A stretch of 64,000 bases of DNA from Phocaeicola sp. (GTDB lineage: Bacteria > Bacteroidota > Bacteroidia > Bacteroidales > Bacteroidaceae), in NCBI GenBank assembly GCA_022764505.1, contig JALEQJ010000024.1, forward strand, positions 2,287 through 66,286. Reading direction: 5' to 3'. Below, piece by piece: positions 18,133 through 29,910 of this stretch (positions are counted from its first letter, which is position 1; every line of letters begins with the position of its first letter). The notes beneath the pieces are model-generated. The model saw only the letters and a program-made list of their open reading frames with translations. It did no database searches and was not told the origin of the DNA. A program made the position numbers and the translations under genes.

Positions 18133-18654
18133 TTAAAAGTAAGCAATAATGACTTCCCATAGTCCCAATAAAGTGGTGGCTACCCAACCGAAAGTCTTAT
18201 ATAATGAGAATAGTAATAATCCTATGATGAGGAGTAAAAGTACTACTGCTATGGAGAAGAAGAGAGCTTTCTTGCGTACTTCTATGATTGTAGCCTTGTC
18301 TTCCTCAACGAAAGCCGTAATAAGCAGGTAGTTTTTCCAATAGGAACGATCAAATATATCCAATATATCTCCCAAGACAGGAATAAAACCTACCAATACA
18401 TCTATGAGCATATTGTACATTACAGCCATAGTGAGAGGAATGGAACGCACTACTGTAAGGCTGAACCATATATAAGGAATAGAGAGTAGGAGGGCGGTAA
18501 AATCTCCGAATCCCGGGAACAAGAAGCCTATAACAGGATCTAAGAAATAGTGATCCATAGCTATGGCTATCCGTTTGAGCAACTTGTGAGAAGACGCGTG
18601 TTCTACACGTAGTTTTCTGCGTTCTTTGTCTGTAAATCCTTTGTTTATATCCAT
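18133..18654 (-). CDS. DUF4112-like membrane protein
   Basis: MD....DPVIG.LFPG.GD and NMLIDVLVGFIPVLGDILD motifs. Confidence 0.8.
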   Translation of the reverse strand: MDINKGFTDKERRKLRVEHASSHKLLKRIAIAMDHYFLDPVIGFLFPGFGDFTALLLSIPYIWFSLTVVRSIPLTMAVMYNMLIDVLVGFIPVLGDILDIFDRSYWKNYLLITAFVEEDKATIIEVRKKALFFSIAVVLLLLIIGLLLFSLYKTFGWVATTLLGLWEVIIAYF

Positions 18655-18660
18655 CTATGC

Positions 18661-20202
18661 TTAAAAATGACAATAAAGTCCTATGCGGGTTTCAAATGTC
18701 CTGTAGTTGATATCCTCTTGAAATTTATAGTTGGTTTGCCTTAGGTAGTATTGGGTATCTATGCCGATACTCCACCCGGGTTTGATCTTGGCTTTGATAC
18801 GTGCACGTAGCACTGTGAGTCTGGCACGACTTCTGTCTCCTTGCGAGTTTAGGTAGAGTGGATTGGTATTGCTGAGATTTTCTGAGGTATATCCTTTCCA
18901 CGTGAATAGATTGAGCTGTTTAAGTGTCAATCGGATAGATGCCCATTCTCCCAAGCTGATGTTGGTACTGCTATGAAAGCTGAATCCGCTTCCCATATTG
19001 TAGTTCCTGTCTATCACGTGATAGTAATCGGATAAGCTTCCTCCCAATAATACGGCACTGGCAAATAAACGTTGCTCTATATGGGTTTCTTTCCCTTCGT
19101 AAGGAAATCTGAAAATAGCTCCTGCCCCCACAGAAGCCGCCTCCGAAATTTTGTAGGGTGTGGCAGATACGTCTTTTATGATAGGTTCGGAGTCGTAATA
19201 GTTGAAATGCTGATACACCCCGAAAGTCATATCTATGCGTGGATTGATACGGATAGGAGTAGACCATAGCTTACCTGTAAGGTTTACTTCGCTGATGAGA
19301 GGCTGATTTTTGGAGAGCGAGGCGGTAAGATTGAGTGTAAAATAATCGTAAGGACTGTTGTTTTCTACCCTGAAAGGATCTCCATAGGTCATATTGATAT
19401 TGAGGTAAGGAGCGTGTTCTCCTCGGAAAAAGTGTCTGTCGTCTGCCAGATACCTACTGCCTATACCTATATCCAAGCGCACGGGTAGGCGCAAGAAATC
19501 GTGATGCTTAAATCTGTTGGGTTTCGTTCTGAACATATCTCCGGACAGCATTCTGTTAAGCCCCCGTATGGGTGAGGCTATGAATGCGGCTATTTCTCGT
19601 CCCACACGTGCCATTCCTCTTTCGCTTTCGTCTATGAGCAGGAGAGAGAGTCTGTTTGTTACCTCTCCCAAGGCGGCTCCTCCTATAGTGGTGGCTATCC
19701 AGTCATTGAGTGCCGCCGGTTCTCTTTCTGCCAGGAACTCCCACATAAGGCTTCCCCCTGCGGCATAAGGTACGGATTCCCAAAAGTTCATTCCATTGGC
19801 ACGAGCGGCATTGAAGTATAAACCTCCGTGATAAGGGTGTGCAAAGAGGTTGGTGGAGAATTTGTCATTGTCCCATACGAAACCTTGCCGGAGGTTGTGA
19901 GAAATAGTACCGGCATTGATGCGAGCGAAGTCGGCATCTAAGATAAATCTATCAAATGCCCATACTCCGGCATTGATGGTAAAGGTTTCCAGTGCGGCTT
20001 TCCAAGGCTTTTTAGCTGTTTCGTAGCCGTGTTCTTTCAGTGCAAAAGCAGAAGGAGGCAGGGCTCGCGGTTGCTTGAAACCCAAGTGTTTCCCGAAATA
20101 ATAGGTACTGTCCGGGCTGTATTGCGCATAGGTAGGTATCGCTCCAAGCAGGCTGATGATGAGCCATAGAAAATAAAGTGATGAATAGCGTAGCGTTCTC
20201 AT
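18661..20202 (-). CDS. DUF3943-domain outer membrane protein
   Basis: WD.D.F.TN.FAHPYHG.LYFNAARANG and SLMWEF.AEREPAA.ND motifs; beta-strand C-terminus ending in F. Confidence 0.8.
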   Translation of the reverse strand: MRTLRYSSLYFLWLIISLLGAIPTYAQYSPDSTYYFGKHLGFKQPRALPPSAFALKEHGYETAKKPWKAALETFTINAGVWAFDRFILDADFARINAGTISHNLRQGFVWDNDKFSTNLFAHPYHGGLYFNAARANGMNFWESVPYAAGGSLMWEFLAEREPAALNDWIATTIGGAALGEVTNRLSLLLIDESERGMARVGREIAAFIASPIRGLNRMLSGDMFRTKPNRFKHHDFLRLPVRLDIGIGSRYLADDRHFFRGEHAPYLNINMTYGDPFRVENNSPYDYFTLNLTASLSKNQPLISEVNLTGKLWSTPIRINPRIDMTFGVYQHFNYYDSEPIIKDVSATPYKISEAASVGAGAIFRFPYEGKETHIEQRLFASAVLLGGSLSDYYHVIDRNYNMGSGFSFHSSTNISLGEWASIRLTLKQLNLFTWKGYTSENLSNTNPLYLNSQGDRSRARLTVLRARIKAKIKPGWSIGIDTQYYLRQTNYKFQEDINYRTFETRIGLYCHF

Positions 20203-20204
20203 AC

Positions 20205-21224
20205 TTAAAATAGCAGAATTCCTGCTTCTATGATAGGTTTATGTTTGAAATGGTCTTCTTTGCGGTAAGTCTTGGAAATGCTGTGTCCACCGGAAATAAA
20301 AGCTCCGAATTTCGGGGAAAACTGATATTCTATATTGAGGCGTGCTTGTAAGGCAAAACTGCGTTGGGTTTCGTATTGAGTAGAGGCTTCGGAGTTTTCC
20401 TGATGTGCAAATCCCAAATCGCTACCGATGCGCCATTTATGATAGAGTGGATAATGTAGTCCTGCTCTATAAAACAGTGTACCGGAAAACTTGTCGTTTA
20501 ATCCTTTATTGTAAATACCTACGCCGAGCATCGTGTAAAAATGGGCATTCCGGAATCTTACCGCTCCATTTATTTTACTCAGATTACCTCCATAGATCAT
20601 CATCTGTATTTTCGTTTTTGGATTGATGTTCACCAAGCCTATTTTGATGGCACTGGTATCTCGGGACATATTGACAAGTCCTATTTGTAATCCTCGTAGT
20701 TGTGTTCCACCTGCTATATTGATGAGTCCCATTTGTAATCCGTTCATAGAGCCGGCATAGTTGGTAACTCCTATTTGCAATCCTCTTCCTTCATTGAGTA
20801 TGACATTGGTAAGTCCTATTTGTGCCAATCCTTTGCCTTCTATGGCTAAGTTGGTTGCAGAAATTTGTGTCCCATTGGCAGAACTGCTGGTGATGTTGGC
20901 AAAACTGCCTAATTGTACGCCTCGTATGCTTTCACTATAGTTGAAAAGAGGGCTTAGCTGCAAGCCTTGTACCTTTCCTTTGGTTATTGTCCAAAGCCCT
21001 GTTTGTACTCCTTTGGTTTCATAGTGGCTATAGTGTCCCAAAATCCCTATAGCTGCTCCGTATAACCGAGAGGTGTGTCCCAACAGTCCTATCTGTGCAT
21101 AAGTCTTCTGTTGGTTCCCTATGCGTAGAGAGAGATCGGGGTAAGGGGATTTTTCTTGGGCTGATACGCCTATGGATCCTGCTACCGCCCAAAGAGAGAA
21201 GAGGAAGAGAAACAATGGTTTCAT
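20205..21224 (-). CDS. Secreted/outer membrane protein with G(L/V)Q(I/L)G..N repeats and a C-terminal beta-barrel
   Basis: Signal peptide from ATG 21224; about nine G.Q.G..N repeats; alternating beta-strands ending in F. Confidence 0.75.
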   Translation of the reverse strand: MKPLFLFLFSLWAVAGSIGVSAQEKSPYPDLSLRIGNQQKTYAQIGLLGHTSRLYGAAIGILGHYSHYETKGVQTGLWTITKGKVQGLQLSPLFNYSESIRGVQLGSFANITSSSANGTQISATNLAIEGKGLAQIGLTNVILNEGRGLQIGVTNYAGSMNGLQMGLINIAGGTQLRGLQIGLVNMSRDTSAIKIGLVNINPKTKIQMMIYGGNLSKINGAVRFRNAHFYTMLGVGIYNKGLNDKFSGTLFYRAGLHYPLYHKWRIGSDLGFAHQENSEASTQYETQRSFALQARLNIEYQFSPKFGAFISGGHSISKTYRKEDHFKHKPIIEAGILLF

Positions 21225-21263
21225 AAAAATGATTGTATCTGTAATTGCTGTGCAAAGATAGCT

Positions 21264-21305
21264 AAAAAATGAATGGCTCCTCGTTATCCCAACGAAGAGC
21301 CACTC
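21264..21305 (-). terminator. Terminator after the lactate permease
   Basis: Imperfect stem GAATGGCTCCTCGTT/AACGAAGAGCCACTC followed by T6 on the minus strand. Confidence 0.6.
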
Positions 21306-21337
21306 TGTCAAATTCTAAATCTAAGTTTATATAAGGT

Positions 21338-22879
21338 TCATGACAATAAACCGAATTCCAATACCACGTACACTACGATACCTGTGATAATGAGGTAAGC
21401 CAATGCATAAGGCATAGAGGCTTTGAGGAATTCTCCTTCTTTACCTTGTTGGTTACTTGCAGAAGTAGCGATGGCGATACTTTGTGGAGAGATGATCTTA
21501 CCACCTGTAGCACCTGCTGTATTGGCTGCTGCCAACCACTGTGGATCAACAGTAATTTGACCTGCTACTTGAGATTGAAGTTTACCGAAGAGGATATTGG
21601 AAGAAGTATCACTACCGGTGATGAATGTACCCAAACCACCGATGATAGGTGCAAAGAATGGATAGAAGCTACCTGTAGCTGCTGCCAATCCTGCGGCAAT
21701 GGCTGCAATCATACCGGACTTATCCATAATGGTAGAAAGACCTACCAAGCAGATAATAGTGATGTATGTTTTCTTTAATTGAAGAATAGTCTTGCCCAAT
21801 ACACCGAAGAGTGTACCTACAGATGCACCTTGTATCAATCCACCGATGAAAGCACCTAAGAAAAGCAGTAAACCGGCATGAGTAAGCCATTCTATGCTAT
21901 ACTTCAGTTCAGTTCCATTTTGCATAGGAAGTGAGAATGAGGTGATAGCTGCTTCTTTCAGTGTAGCACGAAGCGATGGGAAAATAGGGCTGGCTGCAAT
22001 GATGAAGAACAAGATGAACAGATAAACGCTCCATGCATTGAGAATTTCTCCGGCACTGTGAGATTTTGCTTTTTCTACTTGAGCACCACGTTCTGTAATT
22101 TTTGCGTAAGCCACAATGACGATGATAGAAAGAATACTACCTATGATAGCCGGTGTTTCTGCACCCATATAGCGTGCTGCTACATATTGACCTATCAGAG
22201 AGATACCGCCCACTAATAAAGAAAGGAAGATATTTCTTACCAACTTGTTCGCACTACGATCTGTCAAGAAAAGCAGAATGAAAGGAATCACGAACATAAG
22301 GAAAGAAAGCTGTGTTACTACATTGGCACTCAATACCTGAAGGTGAGTTGTAATATCTGCACCTTCTGCCAAAGTTTCATTACCCAATACGATAACGGGC
22401 GTACCTACTGCACCGAAGCCTGTAGCTACACTGTTCGCTATCAAACTTACTAACGCAGAGAACACAGGCTTAAATCCAAGGCTGATCAAGATAGCACACG
22501 GAATAGCTACCGCTGTACCGAAACCTGCCATACCTTCCAATAAGCCACCAAATCCCCAAGTAAGCAAAAGTACCTGAATACCCTTGTCGGTAGAGATGGA
22601 AGAGAACTGATCTTTGATAATTTCTATTTTCTCTGTTTTGAGCAAAACATTGTAACTGAAAATAGCCATCACAATGATGATAAGGATAGGCGAAATAGCT
22701 TTCAACGCTCCGTAGGTAAAGGATATACCTAAGTCTTGCATATTCATGTCAAAACCGAAGAGCGCAATGAGAGCTGTTACTACTAAGGCGATGAGTCCAC
22801 TCTTATCGCCCGACATTTTGAATACTGCCATAAGAATGATGAGCAGCAAAACCGGAATACTTGCTAACAATAGCGTCAT
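21338..22879 (-). CDS. lctP: L-lactate permease
   Basis: EGMAGFGTAVAIP, GSDTSSNILFG and GGKIISPQSI motifs; ~14 TM segments. Confidence 0.92.
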   Translation of the reverse strand: MTLLLASIPVLLLIILMAVFKMSGDKSGLIALVVTALIALFGFDMNMQDLGISFTYGALKAISPILIIIVMAIFSYNVLLKTEKIEIIKDQFSSISTDKGIQVLLLTWGFGGLLEGMAGFGTAVAIPCAILISLGFKPVFSALVSLIANSVATGFGAVGTPVIVLGNETLAEGADITTHLQVLSANVVTQLSFLMFVIPFILLFLTDRSANKLVRNIFLSLLVGGISLIGQYVAARYMGAETPAIIGSILSIIVIVAYAKITERGAQVEKAKSHSAGEILNAWSVYLFILFFIIAASPIFPSLRATLKEAAITSFSLPMQNGTELKYSIEWLTHAGLLLFLGAFIGGLIQGASVGTLFGVLGKTILQLKKTYITIICLVGLSTIMDKSGMIAAIAAGLAAATGSFYPFFAPIIGGLGTFITGSDTSSNILFGKLQSQVAGQITVDPQWLAAANTAGATGGKIISPQSIAIATSASNQQGKEGEFLKASMPYALAYLIITGIVVYVVLEFGLLS

Positions 22880-23098
22880 AATGGTTAGAATTTTAGGTTA
22901 GAATAATTGTTAATTATCTCTTTTTGTTATTAGTCCATGATGCGAATGTAGCAAAAAAAAAGTAGCAACCTATAAATTACTGTCTTTTTTTTGCAAAAAA
23001 CCTTTTTCTCCTCTTCATTGTTGTTGTATATCTGTAGGATATGTTTGAAAAATGTTTTTTCCTGCGATGGTTTTTTGTGGTTATTGGTTGCTCGTTTT

Positions 23099-23200
23099 TA
23101 TTCCGTACCATAGTTTATATAAACTTCTATGGAAGTCTGTATATTTCATAGTGGAAGTCTGTATATTTCATAGTGGAAGTCTATATATTCCGTGCCTAAG
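23099..23200 (+). repeat. Copy A of the 22-bp palindromic-unit intergenic repeat family
   Basis: Exact tandem 22-mer TGGAAGTCTGTATATTTCATAG at 23130 and 23152, a third partial unit at 23174, and a first unit with palindrome AGTTTATATAAACT at 23112-23125. Confidence 0.88.
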
Positions 23201-23272
23201 ATTAGAGTTTACTAACTGTTTGTATGTATTTTTCTTGCTGTTTTATCGTGAAGAAAAGCCTACCTTTGGCGT

Positions 23273-23632
23273 ATGAAATTAGTAGGTATCATTTTAGGCA
23301 CGGTTTCTTTGGTCTTGGGGGTGATAGGTATTTTTTTGCCGGTACTACCCACTACCCCTTTTTTACTGCTTACCGCATGCTTGTACTTTCATAGCTCGGA
23401 CAGATTGTACCATTGGCTCATAACTCACCCTCGCTTGGGTTTTTATATCCGTATGTTTAGAGAAGAAAAAGCCATTCCGCTTCAAGCCAAGATTATTTCC
23501 CTCCTGCTTATGTGGGCGAGTATTCTCTATTGTACCTGTGTGGTGCTTACCTCTTGGTGGTTGCGTCTTTTTTTGTGGATTATCTCTGCGGGAGTTACCA
23601 TATATATCCTTTCCTTGAAGACGAAACGATAG
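23273..23632 (+). CDS. YbaN/DUF454 family membrane protein
   Basis: LG.IGIFLPVLPTTPFLLL motif; preceded by TACCTTTG box at 23261. Confidence 0.9.
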   Translation: MKLVGIILGTVSLVLGVIGIFLPVLPTTPFLLLTACLYFHSSDRLYHWLITHPRLGFYIRMFREEKAIPLQAKIISLLLMWASILYCTCVVLTSWWLRLFLWIISAGVTIYILSLKTKR

Positions 23633-23681
23633 ACGGAGGGCTTATTTCATTTTTACTATCTTCTTCTATTGTAATACATAG

Positions 23682-25730
<2,049 letters not shown>

Positions 25731-25832
25731 GAGATGAATATAAATAATGCATAGATGTATGAAAGGCTGAGATAAAATCGTAATTTTGCCCAAAGTCAAA
25801 AATACAACTATAACAGAAAATAGAAAAGACAA

Positions 25833-26273
25833 ATGATGCATACATGGTTTGAATGTAAAGTTCGCTACGAGAAAATAATGGAAAATGGTGCAAGCAAGAA
25901 AGTAACAGAACCCTATCTCGTAGATGCACTTAGTTTCACAGAAGCAGAAGCACGTATTATAGAAGAAGTATCTCCTTTTATAAGTGGAGAATTTACGGTT
26001 TCGGACATAAAGAGAGCCAATTACAGTGAACTGTTTGATTCCGAAAATACGGAAGCAGATCGCTGGTTCAAGTGTAAACTCCTTTTTATCACTTTGGACG
26101 AAAAAAGTGGAGCGGAGCGTAAAACAGCTACTACTGTACTGGTGAAAGCAAAAGACCTCAGAGATGCCGTAAAGAACTTGGACGAAGGTATGAAAGGTAC
26201 TATGGCAGACTATACTATCGCCTCTGTGGCAGAAACAGCTATTATGGACGTATTTCCGGTGTCTGTAGACTAA
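25833..26273 (+). CDS. DUF4494 family protein
   Basis: WFECKVRYEK.MENG..KKVTEPYLVDALSFTEAEARIIEE motif. Confidence 0.88.
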   Translation: MMHTWFECKVRYEKIMENGASKKVTEPYLVDALSFTEAEARIIEEVSPFISGEFTVSDIKRANYSELFDSENTEADRWFKCKLLFITLDEKSGAERKTATTVLVKAKDLRDAVKNLDEGMKGTMADYTIASVAETAIMDVFPVSVD

Positions 26274-26301
26274 GTATGAAAGCATAAACAAGAAGAATGT
26301 T

Positions 26302-26970
26302 ATGTCTATAAAGGAAAATCTACAAAATGTCCTTCGCCCCATTCCTTCTACCGTAACGTTGGTCGCAGTATCGAAGTTTCACCCGGCATCTGCCGTACAA
26401 GCGGCTTACGAGGCCGGACAAAGAATTTTCGGGGAGAGCAGAGTACAAGAATTGGAAGAGAAAAGACCTCTCTTGCCTGCGGATATTTCTTGGCATTTTA
26501 TAGGACATTTACAACGTAACAAAGTAAAGTACATCGCTCCTTACATAGATATGATTCACGCTGTAGATACACTATCCTTGCTACAAGAAATCAATAAAGA
26601 AGCCCAAAAACAAGAAAGAACCATTCGTTGTTTATTGGAAATACACATCGCTCAAGAAGAGAGCAAGTATGGTTTCAGTATGGACGAGTGCAGAAACTTG
26701 TTGAAGAGCGAGGATTGGGAGCATCTCACCTGCATAGAAATATGTGGACTGATGGGTATGGCTACTTTTACAGATGATACGGAAACAATCGCCAAAGAAT
26801 TTTCTACATTGCAGGCATTCTTTCAGGAAATAAAAGTAACTTATTTCTCAGACAAGCCTTATTTCAAGGAATTATCTATGGGTATGTCCGATGATTATCT
26901 CATTGCGATAGAGCAAGGAAGCACTATGGTAAGAGTCGGTAGCAAAATCTTTGGTCATCGTTCTTATTAG
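26302..26970 (+). CDS. yggS: YggS/PLPBP pyridoxal-phosphate-binding protein
   Basis: LVAVSK, FGESRVQE, WHFIGHLQ.NK and LSMGMS.DY..AIE.GST.VRVGS motifs. Confidence 0.95.
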   Translation: MSIKENLQNVLRPIPSTVTLVAVSKFHPASAVQAAYEAGQRIFGESRVQELEEKRPLLPADISWHFIGHLQRNKVKYIAPYIDMIHAVDTLSLLQEINKEAQKQERTIRCLLEIHIAQEESKYGFSMDECRNLLKSEDWEHLTCIEICGLMGMATFTDDTETIAKEFSTLQAFFQEIKVTYFSDKPYFKELSMGMSDDYLIAIEQGSTMVRVGSKIFGHRSY

Positions 26971-27014
26971 CCTATTTACATTTTTATAAAGAAACAATTT
27001 TACCTATTTATCAT

Positions 27015-27992
27015 ATGGCAAATTTAAGTACCACATTCGCAAAATTATCCCTCAAGAACCCCTTTATTGTAAGTAGTTCGGGATTGACCAACAGTGTAGA
27101 CAAAATAAAGAAATTAGAAGAAGCAGGGGCGGGTGCTGTTGTGCTGAAGTCTATCTTTGAAGAGCAAATCACTATGCAAACAGCACAGTTAGACGGGTAT
27201 GATAGTCCGGAATCCTTGGATTACCTTTCTACCTATGTACGCTCCAATGCCTTGAATGAACATATAACGCTCATTCAATCTGCAAAAAAAGCCTGTAACA
27301 TACCTGTAATAGCGAGTGTGAACTGCTATTCAAATCACGAATGGGAAGACTTTGCCAAACTATTGGAAGAAGCGGGAGCAGATGCCATAGAACTCAATAT
27401 CCTCTCTCTGCAAACCTGTAAGGATTATCAGTATGGTAGCTTTGAACAACTGCACATTGATACCTTGAAGAGAATAAAGAAAGTGGTAAATATCCCCGTG
27501 ATTATGAAATTGGGCAGTAACTTTACCAATCCTGTAGCACTGATACAACAGCTGTATGCCAATGGTGCAGATGCGGTAGTATTGTTCAATCGCTTCTATC
27601 AACCGGATATCAATTTGCAAAGTCTGTCTTTCATCAGTACCAATGTGATGAGTGCCGCTAATGAACTCGCAGATCGTCTTCGCTGGACTGCATTGGCATC
27701 TGCCGAAGTTCCACAGATAGATTATGCCATTTCTGGTGGTGTGCATCAAGGGAAGAGCCTTATCAAATCTATCTTGGTAGGAGCAACAGCTGTAGAAGCT
27801 TGTACCACTATTTATCAAGGTGGCGAAAAGCAAATCGGCATTATCTTGAAAGAATTGGAAGATTGGATGGACGAGAATGGTTTTGAAACCATTGCACAAA
27901 TGAAAGGTAAAATGAATGCAGCGATGGCAGGTGGAGGAAATCCATTTGAACGCACGCAGTTTATGAAGTATTTTAGTAATCATCAAGGATAA
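27015..27992 (+). CDS. Dihydroorotate dehydrogenase-like flavoprotein
   Basis: LKNP.IVSSS, GAGAVVLKS.FEEQI, IPVI.KL and LFNRFYQPDI motifs. Confidence 0.85.
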   Translation: MANLSTTFAKLSLKNPFIVSSSGLTNSVDKIKKLEEAGAGAVVLKSIFEEQITMQTAQLDGYDSPESLDYLSTYVRSNALNEHITLIQSAKKACNIPVIASVNCYSNHEWEDFAKLLEEAGADAIELNILSLQTCKDYQYGSFEQLHIDTLKRIKKVVNIPVIMKLGSNFTNPVALIQQLYANGADAVVLFNRFYQPDINLQSLSFISTNVMSAANELADRLRWTALASAEVPQIDYAISGGVHQGKSLIKSILVGATAVEACTTIYQGGEKQIGIILKELEDWMDENGFETIAQMKGKMNAAMAGGGNPFERTQFMKYFSNHQG

Positions 27993-28060
27993 AATTGTTA
28001 TTTCGTGGTATAAAGACGTAAATATCAGAATAAGAACTTGTATATATAGAAGTTCCTCAT

Positions 28061-28156
28061 TACATTTGCACCCGATTTTGAGTCCGTATAAGGTAAAGAA
28101 GCAATGCACTATGTGTATTCACCTGTCGGAAGAAACCCGTTTAATAAATAAATAAA
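28061..28156 (+). promoter_or_regulatory. rplU promoter (-7 box TACATTTG) and structured 5' leader
   Basis: -7 box at 28061; nested stems CCGA/TCGG, AGGT/ACCT and AATGCAC/GTGTATT in the leader. Confidence 0.5.
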
Positions 28157-28474
28157 ATGTACGTAATCGTAGAAATTAACGGTCAACAGTTCAAAGCAGA
28201 AGAAGGAAAGAGACTCTTCGTACACCACATACAAGGTGCAGAAGGCGGTGCTACTGTTGAATTTGACAAAGTATTATTGGTAGACAACAATGGTACTATC
28301 ACTGTAGGTGCTCCACTCGTAGAAGGAGCAAAAGTGGTTTGCGAAGTGAAATCTCCCTTGGTAAAAGGAGACAAAGTTTTGGTTTTCCACAAGAAGAGAA
28401 GAAAAGGTTACAGAAAACTGAACGGTCATCGTCAACAGTTTACTGAATTAACTATTAAACAAGTTATTGCATAA
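28157..28474 (+). CDS. rplU: 50S ribosomal protein L21
   Basis: [13 protein letters not shown] and [15 protein letters not shown] motifs. Confidence 0.98.
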   Translation: MYVIVEINGQQFKAEEGKRLFVHHIQGAEGGATVEFDKVLLVDNNGTITVGAPLVEGAKVVCEVKSPLVKGDKVLVFHKKRRKGYRKLNGHRQQFTELTIKQVIA

Positions 28475-28493
28475 CCATTAAAAAGAAAAAGAC

Positions 28494-28754
28494 ATGGCAC
28501 ATAAGAAAGGTGTAGGTAGTTCTAAGAACGGACGCGAATCTGCAAGCAAGAGATTGGGCGTGAAAATTTTTGGTGGTGCAGCTTGCAAAGCTGGAAATAT
28601 CATCGTACGTCAAAGAGGTACAGCTCACAATCCAGGTGAGAACGTAGGTATGGGTAGTGATCATACTTTGTACGCACTGATAGATGGTACAGTATGTTTC
28701 AAGAAAGGTCGCGAAAACAAGAGTTTCGTATCTGTAATTCCAAACGAAGCATAA
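28494..28754 (+). CDS. rpmA: 50S ribosomal protein L27
   Basis: [23 protein letters not shown] motif. Confidence 0.98.
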   Translation: MAHKKGVGSSKNGRESASKRLGVKIFGGAACKAGNIIVRQRGTAHNPGENVGMGSDHTLYALIDGTVCFKKGRENKSFVSVIPNEA

Positions 28755-28777
28755 GTATTTCCACTGAAGAAAGATAT

Positions 28778-28812
28778 AAAGGCTGGCTTATTCTGATAAG
28801 TCAGCTTTTTTT
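28778..28812 (+). terminator. Terminator after rpmA
   Basis: AAAGGCTGGCTTAT-tctg-ATAAGTCAGCTTTTTTT. Confidence 0.8.
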
Positions 28813-28875
28813 GTGCTGTTTTCTGTGTGTGCAGAGGAAGAAAGAAAAGTATCTTTGCGAAGCTTTAATTAAAAG

Positions 28876-29904
28876 ATGCGACAAATGAAAAAAATAAGAC
28901 TGATTGTATGGACTGTCATTGTTTGTTTATTGGCAGGTACTGCTTTCCTCTACTACATATATACGGATAGACCTTTCGGCGGAAAGAGTGGTCAGGCTTA
29001 CATCTATATAGATACAGACGATGATATGGACTCTGTGCAAGTGAAATTACAACAGGTGGGTTTGTCTTCTACATTGCCGTTGAAATTATTCAATGCTGTA
29101 TCAAAGTATGAGAAGCATATTAAACCCGGTGCTTATGCTGTAGACCTTTCCACACGTGTGTGGGAAGTCTTGCGAATGCTACGCAATGGAAGACAGACAC
29201 CGGTACGTGTAGTGATACCCAGTATCCGTACATTAGATAGAATGGTGGCTACTATAGATAAGCGTATTATGGCAGATTCTGCAGATATTATGCGTGTACT
29301 AAATGATACTGCTTATATTGGCTCTTTGGGTTTCACGAGAGAAACATTGCCTGCTTTGTTTATCCCCAATACTTATGAGTTTTATTGGACTGTTTCTCCA
29401 GAAGCTTTCGTGAAACAGATGCACAAGGAATATACTAGATTTTGGACAAAGGAACGTTTGCAGAAAGCAGAGAAGAAGGGGCTTACTGCCGTAGAAGTCA
29501 GTATCTTGGCTTCTATTGTGGAAGAAGAAACTGCTTATAATCCGGAGAAACCTACGATAGCAGGCTTGTACCTCAATAGAATCAAAAAAGGTATTCCACT
29601 ACAGGCAGATCCTACAGTGAAATTTGGTCTGAAAGCTTTTGAGTTAAGGCGTATTTTGAACGAGCATCTCAAAATAGATACTCCCTACAATACTTATATG
29701 CACAGAGGATTGCCTCCCGGTCCTATCAGAATACCGAGTATAGTAGGTATAGAGAGTGTCCTCAATGCCACAGAACACGAATATATTTATATGTGTGGCA
29801 AAGAGGATTTTTCCGGTTCACATAATTTTGCTGTAACTTATGCAGAGCATCTGCGTAATGCAGCACGTTACTGGAAAGCCCTCAATGAAAGAGGCATTAA
29901 ATAA
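28876..29904 (+). CDS. mltG: Endolytic transglycosylase MltG
   Basis: LASIVEEET, LQADPTV, YNTY...GLPPGPI and F...YAEH..N motifs. Confidence 0.95.
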   Translation: MRQMKKIRLIVWTVIVCLLAGTAFLYYIYTDRPFGGKSGQAYIYIDTDDDMDSVQVKLQQVGLSSTLPLKLFNAVSKYEKHIKPGAYAVDLSTRVWEVLRMLRNGRQTPVRVVIPSIRTLDRMVATIDKRIMADSADIMRVLNDTAYIGSLGFTRETLPALFIPNTYEFYWTVSPEAFVKQMHKEYTRFWTKERLQKAEKKGLTAVEVSILASIVEEETAYNPEKPTIAGLYLNRIKKGIPLQADPTVKFGLKAFELRRILNEHLKIDTPYNTYMHRGLPPGPIRIPSIVGIESVLNATEHEYIYMCGKEDFSGSHNFAVTYAEHLRNAARYWKALNERGIK

Positions 29905-29910
29905 GTGCAA

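Noticed and set aside
21323-21337. AAGTTTATATAAGGT after the lctP stop as a sixth repeat copy
   Set aside because: A single partial unit with no periodic neighbours; plausible by chance in AT-rich DNA.
23099-23200. 22-nt direct repeats as a possible CRISPR array
   Set aside because: Units are directly adjacent with no unique spacers, the period is only 22 nt, and there are no cas genes.
27360-28109. 249-aa antisense ORF over the dihydroorotate dehydrogenase-like gene
   Set aside because: Shadow ORF with low-complexity F/I/C-rich translation; it also overlaps the rplU promoter.
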